Shown here one piece after another: positions 42,901 to 56,690 of a stretch of 64,000 nt of DNA. Position 1 is the first letter of the stretch; every line of letters starts with the position of its first letter. Position numbers and translations under genes: made by a program. A model generated the notes under the pieces. It was not told the DNA's origin. It ran no database searches and was given only the letters and a program-made list of their open reading frames with translations. Origin of the DNA: Pecten maximus (Eukaryota); contig NC_047015.1 of assembly GCF_902652985.1 (NCBI RefSeq), positions 45,136,001 to 45,200,000 on the forward strand. The letters run 5' to 3'.

Positions 42901-43134
42901 GAACCGAGCAGGCTAGATGGTGTTCACCTCTTTTATTAGCCATCTTCGAAAAAGGTATTTTGGAATTCATGCTATTCGTAATCAAATAATCAGCAAGACA
43001 TCAATGCTCCCTTAAACCCTGAAGTGATATGCAGAAATATCATGCTAGAATATTTTGTAGAATATATAATACACAAATCCTATTTCTTTCTCGTTTCGTG
43101 TCGTGGACTTCACAGCTTTCGTAGTGCGTGACTC

Positions 43135-43176
43135 TCCGTCCGTTCGTTCGTCCGGCCGTCCGTCCGTCCGTCCGTC
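43135..43176. repeat. (TCCG)n / GTCC microsatellite, possibly a Helentron/DINE-1-like relic
   Basis: TCCGTCCGTTCGTTCGTCCGGCCGTCCGTCCGTCCGTCCGTC. The TE link is an inference only. Confidence 0.6.
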
Positions 43177-44364
43177 ATTTTATCTGCTCGGCAGATAGTT
43201 TTACATATTACGATTTGAGAATGTATATTAATGTTAAAAGTTTTAGTAACAGCAGAAGGCGCTTTCAACATGTTTAAAGATATTACGAAGATTGCCGATA
43301 TTCTAATGAGCTTTCAGTGATATCATCTGATGATGAATAAATGTTGTTGGGAAGTTTATAAAGATATCTTTGCGTGTACATATTGTAAAAAAAACTCAAT
43401 CAAATACAATTTTGTTAATTAGTGGTATTTTAAACAGAAAACAAAATATTACTATATTACCCCATCAAGGTACATACTTATTCATTCTCAATGGAACATA
43501 AGAATTACTATTTCACTTAATAATTCTCAAACTACAACTTTCAGTGACGCTTTCAATTTATCAGCTTTGTTGATGCTTTCCAACATGAGCGCTATGCTAC
43601 AACCGTTTTGATTGGTCGTTTAGCCACTTCACTCTCACGGATGCTTCCTAACGTGTAAACAGATTCGTCGACGCCTTTTATTTTGAAAAATAGGACTAAT
43701 ATTGTATTTAGTTATAAATGAGAATAAGTTCGAAAGGTTATCAATAGCGAAAAAAATAGTATTAAAGTGTATGAAATCTTTATTATCCCATACCGTCCAC
43801 AGTAAACAAAATAACGTTATTTACAATCATGATAGGGCAATAAACAAAATTCGACATTTTTTAGACATTTACCTCGATTATGCCAAATGAGTATTTGTAT
43901 ATAGAAAGGAATTTCTATTAACTTATGGAATTTCTAAACCTTTGACGCCAATGTTACTTATAAGTAATGAGTGTAGCGGTTTATTAGGTGCACATGAATG
44001 AACGCTATGTGTTATATATGTTGGTATAGAGATGTGATATCGACATTATTGGAGTTGGTCCTATACTTGAATCAGGAAGGTCTTATTAAATTCATTTAAG
44101 TATGACTAATACATATTCATGGCTAACTATAGCTGTTTTAACGATAACCCATGAGGTGGGTTAGTGTTTAAGTAGTATTCTTTACTGAATTCAAGGATAA
44201 ATATGTCCCTCAGAACAATAAACATACCGCCAACAATCATGTAAGCAATACCTAAATAAACTGGGGTTTTTTTTTTAACTTTCGCTTAAATCATTTATGG
44301 TAAGTGACATTAGAAAGTTATGTATCTATCGGTGATAGTCAGAAGCTCAATGTTACAGGGAATA

Positions 44365-44890
44365 GTCTCGATACAGGAGTCAATATGTAAGATCGAGTCG
44401 GAAAGAAAATCCCCGATAAATGAGTAGATATTTTAGATTGTGTCAGGAAGAGAAACACGATACTCTAGTCCATATTTTAGATTGATTCGGAAACAATTGA
44501 TACACGAGTCGCTATTTTAGACCGAGTCAAAAAGCGAACTCGATACACTAGTTCATAATTATTAAAGATTGAGTCGGAAAAAATTGATATATGAGTCGCT
44601 AGTTTAGACTGAGTCAGAAAACGAACTCGATACACTAGTCCATATTCAAGATTGAGTCGGAAATAATAATAAAAAAACACGGGTCAATATTTCAGAATTC
44701 AATCAAAACTCGATAAACCAGTCAATATTTCATATTGAGTCAATACATGAACCAATATATTTTATTGAGTTGCTGATAAAGAGAGAACAGATACAAGAGT
44801 CAGTAAGAGACAGCATTACTCAGAACGCGACAAACGAGTCAATGGTATTATTGAGTCGATAATAGCAGGACTCGTTACAGGAGACAATGT
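44365..44890. repeat. Degenerate ~40-43-bp repeat arranged as ~83-86-bp dimers (ACTCGATACACGAGTC...TTTTAGATTGAGTCGGAAA)
   Basis: GATAC(A/T)CTAGT at ~44459, 44542 and 44628 alternates with GAGTCGCTA units. Confidence 0.75.
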
Positions 44891-46328
44891 GTTGGAAGAT
44901 GTTTAAGATAAAGGAGACTGTAGCCTATATGGTTTAAAGACAATTTAGAACAATTCCGGAGACGTCTGTTATTATGATTACTAAGATCCCTAGAGACCGT
45001 TATGACATTACTTTCCGCCAATATATCATATCGTACACATCCTGTACACAAAGAGGAGTTCTTGTTTGGTCGTAAAGCTATCAGATACCAAACTCTGAAG
45101 GGAATTTACTGTGACCAAAAGGTAAATACAAACAGAATACATCAGCTATCCAGGAAATATATCGAAAACAATGAGTGTTAATGACAGAAAACAATGAGTG
45201 TTAAACCAATATATCAATGAAGAGTTTATCGCTGGACGACACCAAATTGTCCCTGATTTATTTGTGGACATTCCTAATGTAAATTCTATCGGGGTGGTTG
45301 TTTCCTCATTTCTCGTCTCTTGCTGATTCCATCGTGTACTTGTTGCGGAAATGGTGTTTTCTTTTCCTCTCTCTACCATCGAACCCAGACACCCGATCAT
45401 TATCTCTGATATATTTTTATTTATCTTTATATCTTTTATTAATAACATACAATATATGTATCTTGTGGTTGATGCTGTTGCTCCCTTCTCTATTTTAGCT
45501 TTTAAAATCATCAAAATCTCATGGATTTCTTCATACCACGATGACCTCAGGCTTGTATTAAAACATTGCTTTGTGGAATCATTAATTAATTTCATGTTTA
45601 TCCTTGCGTATCTAACACAGTTAAATAATTCTAAATATTCTGTACACAACTATGAAAGAAAACTTATTACCTTAAATAGCAATCACCTAACACAGTTTTT
45701 CAGTGAACCTATCCTTATCGTAATAAACGGCGTTTGGTTGAGTACTAGAACTAGTGCGCATGCGCCATTGAAGTATATATATAGTATGTGACAATGAATT
45801 ATAAAATACACGTTATGAAGTTTGACAATTTTACCATTATAAAAACATGCTTCAAAGTAGTAAAAATAATTAGGCACATAGCAACATAACAATTACCGGT
45901 AGCAAAACATATTAAATATACAGTAGTTGTTTCACGCTGAACAAAATGCTTAATTAGGCAGAGTGAACATTATTACTTTGGAGCCTACCTATACCAGTTG
46001 GATAAATCGATGCGAGGTTGGGTATCTAGAACGTTATGCCATGCATCATGGAATTATTCCAGTATTTTGATAAAATTAATTATATTTCATAATACAAATT
46101 TAATCTTTTTATTCTATTTCCTTTCGAAAGTAAAGAGTTTGTGATACACTTAATGTAAGTTTTTTTTCATATATTCGTAATGTCTTTGAAATACCTATAA
46201 CTACTTTTCTTATTCACTCTCAAGGATATTGTTTTGAAATTCTACTCTCAATCTCCAAATTGCATAAATTATGATATTCAACTATAAAAAGGACACTCAC
46301 GGTAATTTCTAACTTAAACAATCACCGT

Positions 46329-47410
46329 TAGCTGATGTATCTGTTGTTTAGGGGTTTATCAAAAGCTAGCTGATGTATCTGTTGTTTAGAGGTTTATCAT
46401 CAGCTAGCTGATGTATCTGTTGTTTAGGGGTTTATCAGCAGCTCGCTGATGTATATGTTGTTTAGGGGTTTATCAGCAGCTCGCTGATGTATCTGTTGTT
46501 TAGGGGTTTATCAGCAGCTCGCTGATGTATCTGTTGTTTAGGGGTTTATCAGCAGCTCGCTGATGTATCTGTTGTTTAGGGGTTTATCAGCAGCTCGCTG
46601 ATGTATCTGTTGTTTAGGGGTTATCAGCAGCTCGCTGATGTATATGTTGTTTAGAGGTTTATCAACAGCTAGCTGATGTATATGTTGTTTAGGGGTTTAT
46701 CAGCAGCTCGCTGATGTATATGTTGTTTAGATGTTTATCAGCAGCTCGCTGATGTATATGTTGTTTAGGGGTTATCAACAGCTAGCTGGAGTATCTGTTG
46801 TTTAGGGGTTTATCAACAGCTAGCTGATGTATCTGTTGTTTAGGGGTTTATCAGCAGCTCGCTGATGTATATGTTGTTTAGGGGTTTATCAGCAGCTCGC
46901 TGATGTATCTGTTGTTTAGAGGTTTATCAAAAGCTAGCTGGTGTATCTGTTGTTTAGGGGTTATCAGCAGCTCGCTGATGTATCTGTTGTTTAGAGGTTT
47001 ATCAACAGCTAGCTGATGTATATGTTGTTTAGGGGTTTATCAGCAGCTCGCTGATGTATGTGTTGTTTAGATGTTTATCAGCAGCTCGCTGATGTATATG
47101 TTGTTTAGGGGTTTATCAACAGCTAGCTGGAGTATCTGTTGTTTAGGGGTTTATCAACAGCTAGCTGATGTATCTGTTGTTTAGGGGTTTATCAGCAGCT
47201 CGCTGATGTATATGTTTTTAGGGGTTTATCAGCAGCTCGCTGATGTATCTGTTGTTTAGAGGTTTATCAACAGCTAGCTGATGTATATGTTGTTTAGGGG
47301 TTTATCAACAGTTAGCTGATGTATCCATTGTTTAGGGGTTTATCAACAGCTAGCTGGTGTATTTGTTGTTTAGGGGTTGATCAATAGCTAGCTGATGTAT
47401 CCGTTGTTTA
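46329..47410. repeat. 38-bp minisatellite (GCTGATGTATCTGTTGTTTAGGGGTTTATCAGCAGCTC), ~28 copies
   Basis: GCTGATG at 46521, 46559 and onward. Contains a 340-bp higher-order duplication. Confidence 0.97.
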
Positions 47411-48107
47411 TGGATCAATTAATCTAATAGTAGTGTTGTACTTCACCAACAGGAGCATCATTATACCTACTAATTCAGCACCATACAGGACAGAATATGA
47501 GCTCAATATCAATACAAAATGGCAGACAGCAGGCAAGGGCATCATAACTTCCTAGAAATATATATAACCATTATCACATGTTATTATAATCCCTGAAAAT
47601 ATCCCGTCAACCAAAACAATACGATATCATCTAACAATCTTATAACGTCAGTTATATAAATTTGGCCGTGAACACGTGTTTGGCCACACCACGTGGATCT
47701 GTGACCGGTTTCTATTGCTACAATTGTGACATCAGATTTTCGTGGTGTCCGATGCATTGTTATATCACAAATGATAGTTACACGGTAGATTTTATAACAG
47801 GTAAATCGGCCAGGGAGATTACTGTATTAAGTCTATATGCAACAGATCTTGATAAGATGATCATCAGCATTTTAAAGCCAATTCCCATTCCATACAAGAT
47901 TCTCGATATTTTATTATTTTAAAATATTAGGACTCTTTTATACAATGAATAACAGGGGAAATAGAAACACTCATATCCTTATATATATAAATATATTACC
48001 ATTGAGAAAAATGAAATAGTATGAAGAACAATCATAACGTGTGACTTCAGTTGTAATCTGGTCCCAATGGCAAACGTTTTCATGGTAGAGTTGCATCTAT
48101 ACGGTAA

Positions 48108-48288
48108 TACGAAAGCCGGTTGGGACCATTTTCGTAGAAGAAAATAAAAAAAATGTTCGCGTTATAACGCGAAACTAACGCGTTATATCGCGAAAGTTTC
48201 GCGATATAAACTAACGCGTTAGTTTCGCGTAATAACGCGAAAAAATTTTTATTTTCTTCTACGAAAATGGTCCCAAACGGCTTTCGTA
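48108..48288. mobile_element. 181-bp palindromic MITE, IS3EU-like (TAC...GTA termini, 6-bp TSD)
   Basis: TSD CGGTAA at 48102-48107 and 48289-48294. TIR TACGAAAGCCG(G/T)TTGGGACCATTTTCGTAGAAGAAAATAAAAA. The interior is made of CGCG-rich short palindromes. Confidence 0.85.
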
Positions 48289-51200
48289 CGGTAAAGACAT
48301 TTGGTGCAATGCTTCTTGGTCTACAGTGTACAACAGTGCATCTAAATAGGAAACTCGGCAGTTACTCCGTGCCCACGAAAGGTTTTTTTTATGATAACAA
48401 AGGGGAAAAATAAATGATGTATCAGATTCCATAGATGGTTAGGTAGCCATTACAAAAATATGCATATAGAGTAGAGTATATATAGATATCATTCACGGTT
48501 AATTTATTGATATAAATAATCATATTGTATTTCACGCCGTGTTAATTACTAATTATCATCAGAATTAGTTCTGAAATGTATTTCTGTACAACCGTTAAAT
48601 TCTATAATTAATCATTGTATTAGTTCAGGACGTATTAATTCATTAATCTTGTCATAACCAGCTTTATCTTTTGAGAAAATATAATCTAGGCCGACCTTGG
48701 ATATTTTCGCTGGTCAAACTCCATGCGGTTTTTTTATGCTTACAGTTTGTGGACGGTGCGTACTAATGCCTTAGATAGTTGAATGAAATTGGAACCAGCG
48801 GCCTAGAACTGATGCTAGAGACGAACTCGCCACCGGGAAATAAAGATATCATTATCTGTGGTAGTTTATCAATACCCTTCACCCAGCTCAGTCCCACAAG
48901 TCAAGCTATTTCCTCCTGTATATACCCAAATCGATCCTCACTTCACACACATATTCGGCAAGTCAGTTGTTTTTTACTTTCATCAACCATCAACAGGTTT
49001 TTTTTGTCTTCTTTGACATATCTAAGACTTTTTTTGTTAGTCATTTTGAAAAAAATATCTACGAATGATCTGGATGAAAACATCCATTTGAGCGATCAAA
49101 CTCTGTTCATACATTGTCTTCAGATTTTTTCTATAAACATATTTAGTAGATATATCGATTTCATGTTTTCTGGTTCACTATCAAGAGTCAATAACTTAAG
49201 CCATTTAAGAATATCCCCGAGAAGATAAATAATGTTAATAAATAATAATGTTTTATTATAAAATTAGGCCCAGGAACCGACTTCCTTTTGTATTCTGGTT
49301 TTTTTATATCCTATATCATTCCTGACAGTGGCCTGTCTAATGATATACTTAATGAAATGCTGCTACCTACTGTCGTGTAAAGACTATCAGTTAATTTACC
49401 TGCTTATTCATATGCATTGGAAATATCAATTAAAATTCATGTATAATTAAAAGAAATAATTCAATCAATTTGTTTTCATTGCATCTATACAGTTCGTTCA
49501 TGTAAACGTGTGATAAAGCTTGTTTATTTTCGCTAATATAAGGTAAACATTTTTTTTTAATCTTTATTAAATTAATTAATTTATGTATCAATTAATACAT
49601 TTTTGTCATTTTTTTTAACAAAATAACTTGGAACAGATTCAAATCGAAAACAAAAACAATGATGAATTTACTTTGCACATGGTATGAACCCACGTCGAAC
49701 TGATACAATTTTACACGATAGAATAATAAAAAAATGTTCTACTTCTAGAGTCAGACAGGTAAGGCAGCAAGCTGATTAGGGTGTCTGTTGTAATGAATAT
49801 ATGTAAACAGAAAGAACGTGATATCGCTAAATAAAATACAAGATATCCTTCGAGAAGCTTGTTCCATAGCTATAGCTATACATTTACATCAAATATTGTA
49901 GGGTATGTAAATAATGGATTATAGTTATTAGTTACTGACAAAACTACATCTCACTCCGCCACACTGAATGTTATGTGAAATGTTTATTGGTATAAGAAGT
50001 TTAAACGAAAATTCAGTACAAATTATTTTATTTTATTTTATTTGTCATTTCGTCTGAGTTGTGTTTACTACAGAACGTTGTATAAGTTGTGTTGTTTTTA
50101 TTGTAGTATGTCGATATCTACTGGAGGATGTATCACAACCAAACTGTGGTTTTATCATCCACATGGTTAAATTATGGCGAATGACTTGCTCAGATCATTT
50201 TTAATAGATGTGTTTAGTTTGAGTGTGTTTCGAAAGACATGGCGTTTGTTTTCTATTTCTAAATCAATATGTACGCATTAAAACAAAAGAAGAAGAAAAC
50301 AAACAAACAAAAACAAAAACAAAAAACGTGGTGTGTTCTATCACTTTCCTAGTGTATCAGCGTACCCATATCAACATAATTTCAAATCATTCATTTTTGG
50401 TTTTGCAAAATGTTTTTATTTTCCTTTTGACACAAAACATAGTGACAATGATAGACAATTATATGAATATTTCTGTGTACTAAAATCATCTACATGTTGA
50501 AATATATTGGGAATTTACCAAGTACACTTTATACATCTGAGGAATAACTTATTACAATTAAACATATCATGTGAATACATAGGCCATTTCAAATCAATCT
50601 TAATTCCCCGTGTCGAAGACATGTGTTGAGACGACCGTTAACTGAGAACTGTACAACAGACACACGATGAGGTAGTTGTGTATGCATTCCTCGTTATTTA
50701 GGATAATTACAATTATTGCTGAAGTTATAGTTATTAAAGCTATTCCCTTTCGTCAAGAATTCATAGAAAATGGCATTACCTTACTGATAATCATGGTACG
50801 TTGTATTATGTACAAGAAAAACCCCAAAATTGTTCATCGATTGGTTCGTTAATTTGAACACCCTGACAGTATGTATAATGTAGTGTGTTCGACTGTCACC
50901 CCGACGCCTGGGGACTACAGCAATGTTTAATACCCGACAAAAGTGTCATCCACTTTATAACTTATTCATTGGGCGCGTGCCATATTATTGATAATCACGA
51001 GGAGATTCAATAACAAACTATATATAATATGTTCTTTCTTCCCTAAACAACGCAAATCATTTCATAAATATCTTTTTTATTCTCAAATAGATATTAACAA
51101 AACCAAATTAAGCGTTTTGTGTTTTGACTTATAAAATATGAAAACATTTAATAAGTTCGCGCATTTATATATGTATGCCTGATGTTGCCGATAAGTTCGT

Positions 51201-52169
51201 TTCAATGCTTCAATTAGATTCGTAATATGTTATCAAGATTTCAATAAGAGTTTGTTTCAATAGATTACACGTTATGTTATATATAGGGCAATATGTTTGT
51301 GAGAGAATTAATATCTCAACCAAGCTTTTCCTGGACTGTTTGATAAAACATTCAAACATACCACCTTGGAGACACCTCGAACACATCAAAGTCTGGGAAT
51401 CCACCCGGGAACTTCAACTAAAAGTAATAAAAAATAACATATTGATGTATTTGTATTTTTGAATCCAACAAATGACGTTTTAAGATATATTAGATTCGTG
51501 TAGGGAACACATCAAAGTAGATATTATCAAAACAAAAATTAAATCGTCTACAAATTCCGATACATTGGAGTTCTGTTATCATATTCGTCATCAAGTACGA
51601 GGGTTAATAGCGAAAGATAACTTCTACATCATCATGAATATTGAATGACGGAGACGTATAGAATTAGCAGATCAAACCATGTTCATTGTTGTCCCTACGA
51701 CAGACCTTTCAGAATCAAGTGAAGACTGCACGATGGCTAATTATTCATAAGGAAGATTTAGAAGGAGATGTATATTTAATATACCGGCCTTTTTACAGGT
51801 TGCAAAGTAGGAGATTTCTTTATGATGTTGCCGATCTGTGGGTAATAAAAGAGAGTCATAACCGAAACAAGAATTATGTTCCATAGAAATACTAACGACA
51901 GCTTTATGAGTTCTGGTTAGGGTTTAATCCGGTGACCAATGGCCTGTAATACAGTCATATATGCCTCTTTATTTAGTACTTATTAAATATACTGAGCTTG
52001 TGTTGTTGGCAATACAGAATGAACTCAAAATTACAAATGTTTAATGCCTATATTCCACAGGGTTACATAAAAAGGAAACAGTGGAAAAGGAAGCAAAAAT
52101 CGGAAACACAAAAAGTAACAAACAGGGGTGGGGGACAAAGACAAATGAACGAACAGCGTGGACCAAAAT

Positions 52170-55100
52170 CAAGGACAAACAATGGGAACACAAATATACA
52201 CCAACAAAAATGGGAACACAAATATACACCAACAAACAATGGGAACACAACGACACACCAACAAACAATGGGAACACAAATATACACCAACAAATGGTGG
52301 GACCACAAATATACACCAACAAACAATGGGAACACAAATATACACCAACAAACAACGGGAACACAAATATACACCAACAAACAATGGGAACACAAATATA
52401 CACCAACAAATGGTGGGACCACAAATATACACCAAAAACAATGGGAACACAAATATACACCAACAAACAACGGGAACACAAATATACACCAACAAACAAT
52501 GGGAACACAAATATACACCAACAAACAATGGAAACACAAATATACACCAACAAACAATGGGAACACAAATATACTCCAACAAACAATGGGAACACAAATA
52601 TACACCAACAAACAATGGAAACACAAAGACACACGAACAAACAATGGGAACACAAATATACACGAACAAACAATGGGAACACAAATATACACCAACAAAC
52701 AATGGGAACACAAAGACACACGAACAAATGGTGGGAACACAAATATACACCAACAAACAATGGGAACACAAATATACACCAACAAACAATGAGAACACAA
52801 ATATACTCCAACAGACAATGGGAACACAAATATACTCCAACAAACAATGGAAACACAAAGACATACCAACAAATGGTGGGAACACAAAGACACGAACAAA
52901 CATTGGGAACACAAAGACACACGAACAAATGGTGGGAACACAAAGACACACGAACAAACAGTGGGAACACAAAGACATACGAACAAACAGTGGGAACACA
53001 ACGACACGAAAAAATGGTGGGAACACAAAGACACCAACAAACAATGGGAACACAAAGACACACGAACAAATGGTGGGAACACAAAGACACACGAACAAAC
53101 AGTGGGAACACAAAGACATACGAACAAACAGTGGGAACACAAAGTCATACGAACAAATGGTGGGAACACAAAGACACACGAACAAACAGTGGGAACACAA
53201 AGTCATACAAACAAACAATGGGGACACAAAGACACGAACAAATGGTGGGAACACAAAGTCATACGAACAAACAATGGGGACACAAAGACACACGAACAAC
53301 AGTGGGAACACAAAGTCATACGAACAAATGGTGGGAACACAACGTCATACGAACAAATGGTGGGAACACAAAGACACGAACAAATGGTGGGAACACAAAG
53401 TCATACAAACAAACAATGGGGACACAAAGACACACGAACAAACAGTGGGAACACAAAGTCATACGAACAAACAATGGGGACACAAAGACACACGAACAAA
53501 CAGTGGGAACACAAAGTCATACGAACAAATGGTGGGAACACAACGTCATACGAACAAACAATGGGGACACAAAGACACACGAACAAACAGTGGGAACACA
53601 AAGACACACGAACAAATGGTGGGAACACAAAGTCATACGAACAAACAATGGGGACACAAAGACACACGAACAAACAGTGGGAACACAAAGTCATACGAAC
53701 AAACAATGGGGACACAAAGACACACGAACAAACAGTGGGAACACAAAGTCATACGAACAAATGGTGGGAACACAAAGTCATACGAACAAACAATGGGGAC
53801 ACAAAGACACACGAACAAACAGTGGGAACACAAAGACACACGAACAAATGGCGTGAACACAAAGACACACGAACAAACAGTGGGAACACAAAGACACACG
53901 AACAAATGGTGGGAACACAAAGACACACGAACAAATGGTGGGAACACAACGACACACGAACAAATGGTGGGAACACAAAGACACGAACAAATGGTGGGAA
54001 CACAAAGACACACCAACAAATGGTGGGAACACAAAGACACACCAACAAATGGTGGGAACACAAAGAAACACCAACAAATGGTGGGAACACAAAGACACAC
54101 GAACAAACAGTGGGAACACAAAGACACACGAACAAATGGTGGGAACACAAAGACACACGAACAAATGGTGGGAACACAAAGACACACGAACAAACAGTGG
54201 GAACACAAAGACACACGAACAAATGGTGGGAACACAAAGACACACCAACAAATGGTGGGAACACAAAGACACACCAACAAATGGTGGGAACACAAAGAAA
54301 CACCAACAAATGGTGGGAACACAAAGACACACGAACAAACAGTGGGAACACAAAGACACACGAACAAATGGTGGGAACACAAAGACACACGAACAAACAG
54401 TGGGAACACAAAGACACACGAACAAACAGTGGGAACACAAAGACACACGAACAAACAATGGGGACACAAAGACACACGAACAAACAGTGGGAACACAAAG
54501 ACACACGAACAAATGGTGGGAACACAAAGTCATACGAACAAACAATGGGGACACAAAGACACACGAACAAACAGTGGGAACACAAAGTCATACGAACAAA
54601 CAATGGGGACACAAAGACACACGAACAAACAGTGGGAACACAAAGTCATACGAACAAATGGTGGGAACACAAAGTCATACGAACAAACAATGGGGACACA
54701 AAGACACACGAACAAACAGTGGGAACACAAAGACACACGAACAAATGGCGGGAACACAGACACACGAACAAACAGTGGGAACACAAAGACACACGAACAA
54801 ATGGTGGGAACACAAAGACACGCGAACAAATGGTGGGAACACAACGACACACGAACAAATGGTGGGAACACAAAGACACGAACAAATGGTGGGAACACAA
54901 AGACACACTAACAAATGGTGGGAACACAAAGACACACCAACAAATGGTGGGAACACAAAGAAACACCAACAAATGGTGGGAACACAAAGACACACGAACA
55001 AACAGTGGGAACACAAAGACACACGAACAAATGGTGGGAACACGAAGACACACGAACAAACAGTGGGAACACAAAGAAACACCAACAAATGGTGGGAACA

Positions 55101-55885
55101 CAAAGACACGAACAAATGGTGGGAACACAAAGACACACTAACAAATGGTGGGAACACAAAGACACACCAACAAATGGTGGGAACACAAAGAAACACCAAC
55201 AAATGGTGGGAACACAAAGACACACGAACAAACAGTGGGAACACAAAGACACACGAACAAATGGTGGGAACACGAAGACACACGAACAAACAGTGGGAAC
55301 ACAAAGACACACGAACAAACAGTGGGAACACAAAGACACACGAACAAATGGTGGGAACACAAAGACACACGAACAAACAGTGGGAACACAAAGACACACG
55401 AACAAATGGTGGGAACACAAAGACACACGAACAAACAGTGGGAACACAAAGACACACGAACAAATGGTGGGAACACAAAGACACACGAACAAACAGTGGG
55501 AACACAAAGACACACGAACAAATGGTGGGAACACAAAGACACACGAACAAATGGTGGGAACACAACGACACACGAACAAATGGTGGGAACACAAAGACAC
55601 GAACAAATGGTGGGAACACAAAGACACACCAACAAATGGTGGGAACACAAAGACACACCAACAAATGGTGGGAACACAAAGAAACACCAACAAATGGTGG
55701 GAACACAAAGACACACGAACAAACAGTGGCAACACAACGACACGAAAAAATGGTGGGAACACAAAGACACACGAACAAACAGTGGCAACACAACGACACG
55801 AAAAAATGGTGGGAACACAAAGACACACGAACAAACAGTGGCAACACAAAGACAAACAAACAAACAGTGGCAACACAAAGACACA
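52170..55885. repeat. 29-bp (27-bp variant) minisatellite (AACAAATGGTGGGAACACAAAGACACACG), >120 copies
   Basis: Direct periodicity with variant gradients and block duplications. Source of all the long ORFs at 52-56 kb. Confidence 0.98.
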
Positions 55886-56197
55886 TTCAATACCATAGGT
55901 GACAAGAGTGTCCGTAAGCATTTGACATATATCACTAAATCGTGATTTTAGCTACAACACGACAGGGAACCATCACGATTATCTTCTGGTTAGTATTAAG
56001 TAAAGATCATGGAAAGTGACTAGAGCATGCCCAGTAAGTTTCTTTTTTTTATTTACATCATGGATATATCAGTAAAATCTGTGAGACTTGGCAAGAATTT
56101 TGTTATCTGTCCTGAAAAGTACTTCAAGATAGTAACACAGTTTGTTCCTATGGATATGTCAATAATCTTGCTACCGAAATCAACAATCCCCATCAGT

Positions 56198-56690
56198 CTG
56201 CCTTCCAGGTAGGGCAGGGCGTAAGAATGGTACATGTTGCTCCCACGACATGATTCGTGTAAGAGGCGACTAAATTTGAGATCCTATATTTTCTCATTTT
56301 TTTCCCCCGAACAACTTTCTTCTTATTAATGTCGCCCTTGACACCGCCCCACTTTTGGTCTTCAGTTGGCCGGTTCGCTCCTGTGTACCAGAGTCTTTAA
56401 AAACAGTAGTTGCTACTCCTGCTTACCGCTGAACATTTTTGAGAGTTGGGGAACTGGTTCACCCGTGGTATAGTGTGACTATGTCAGGTGTCCTACTGGG
56501 TGTCTATGGCAGTATGTTTCAGTGAGGTAACACTATAAAGTCGGCATAAGTTCCGTACTATCACAAGGGAGACAAAGACGAACATGCCGCAGTTGCCCTA
56601 AACACACATCCCATACATGTATTTCTCGTGTAGTAGAAACTGCCATTAAATTACCCTACCAAATGATAGGGCTTTAAGTAATACTAAATC
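56198..56690 (+). mobile_element. Decayed bivalve-type SINE with a Meta-like central domain
   Basis: 5' motif GTAAGAGGCGACTAAA. Central CTTTAAAAACAGTAGTTGCTACTCCTGCTT...GCTGAACAT...ACTGGTTC...TAGTGTGAC...GTTTCAGTGAGGTAACACTATAAAG. Recognised from recalled bivalve SINE motifs, not from a search. Confidence 0.6.

Noticed and set aside
45146-45791. Overlapping 167-aa (-) and 146-aa (+) ORFs
   Set aside because: AT-rich composition, no recognisable domain and no coherent exon partners.
46329-47410. Interstitial telomere
   Set aside because: Only one TTAGGG per 38-bp unit, with no tandem hexamer run.
48530-48566. Minus-strand CUGAUGA...GAAA suggesting a hammerhead ribozyme
   Set aside because: Stem II does not close directly onto GAAA, and I found no stem I/III pairing.
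48779-49228. 149-aa ORF
   Set aside because: Non-ATG start and no recognisable motif; the antisense frames I read are interrupted by stops.
51998-55945. Long ORFs (264-917 aa) on both strands
   Set aside because: They are translations of a 29-bp tandem repeat. The unit is not a multiple of 3, all frames give the same peptides, and I saw no splice or domain evidence.
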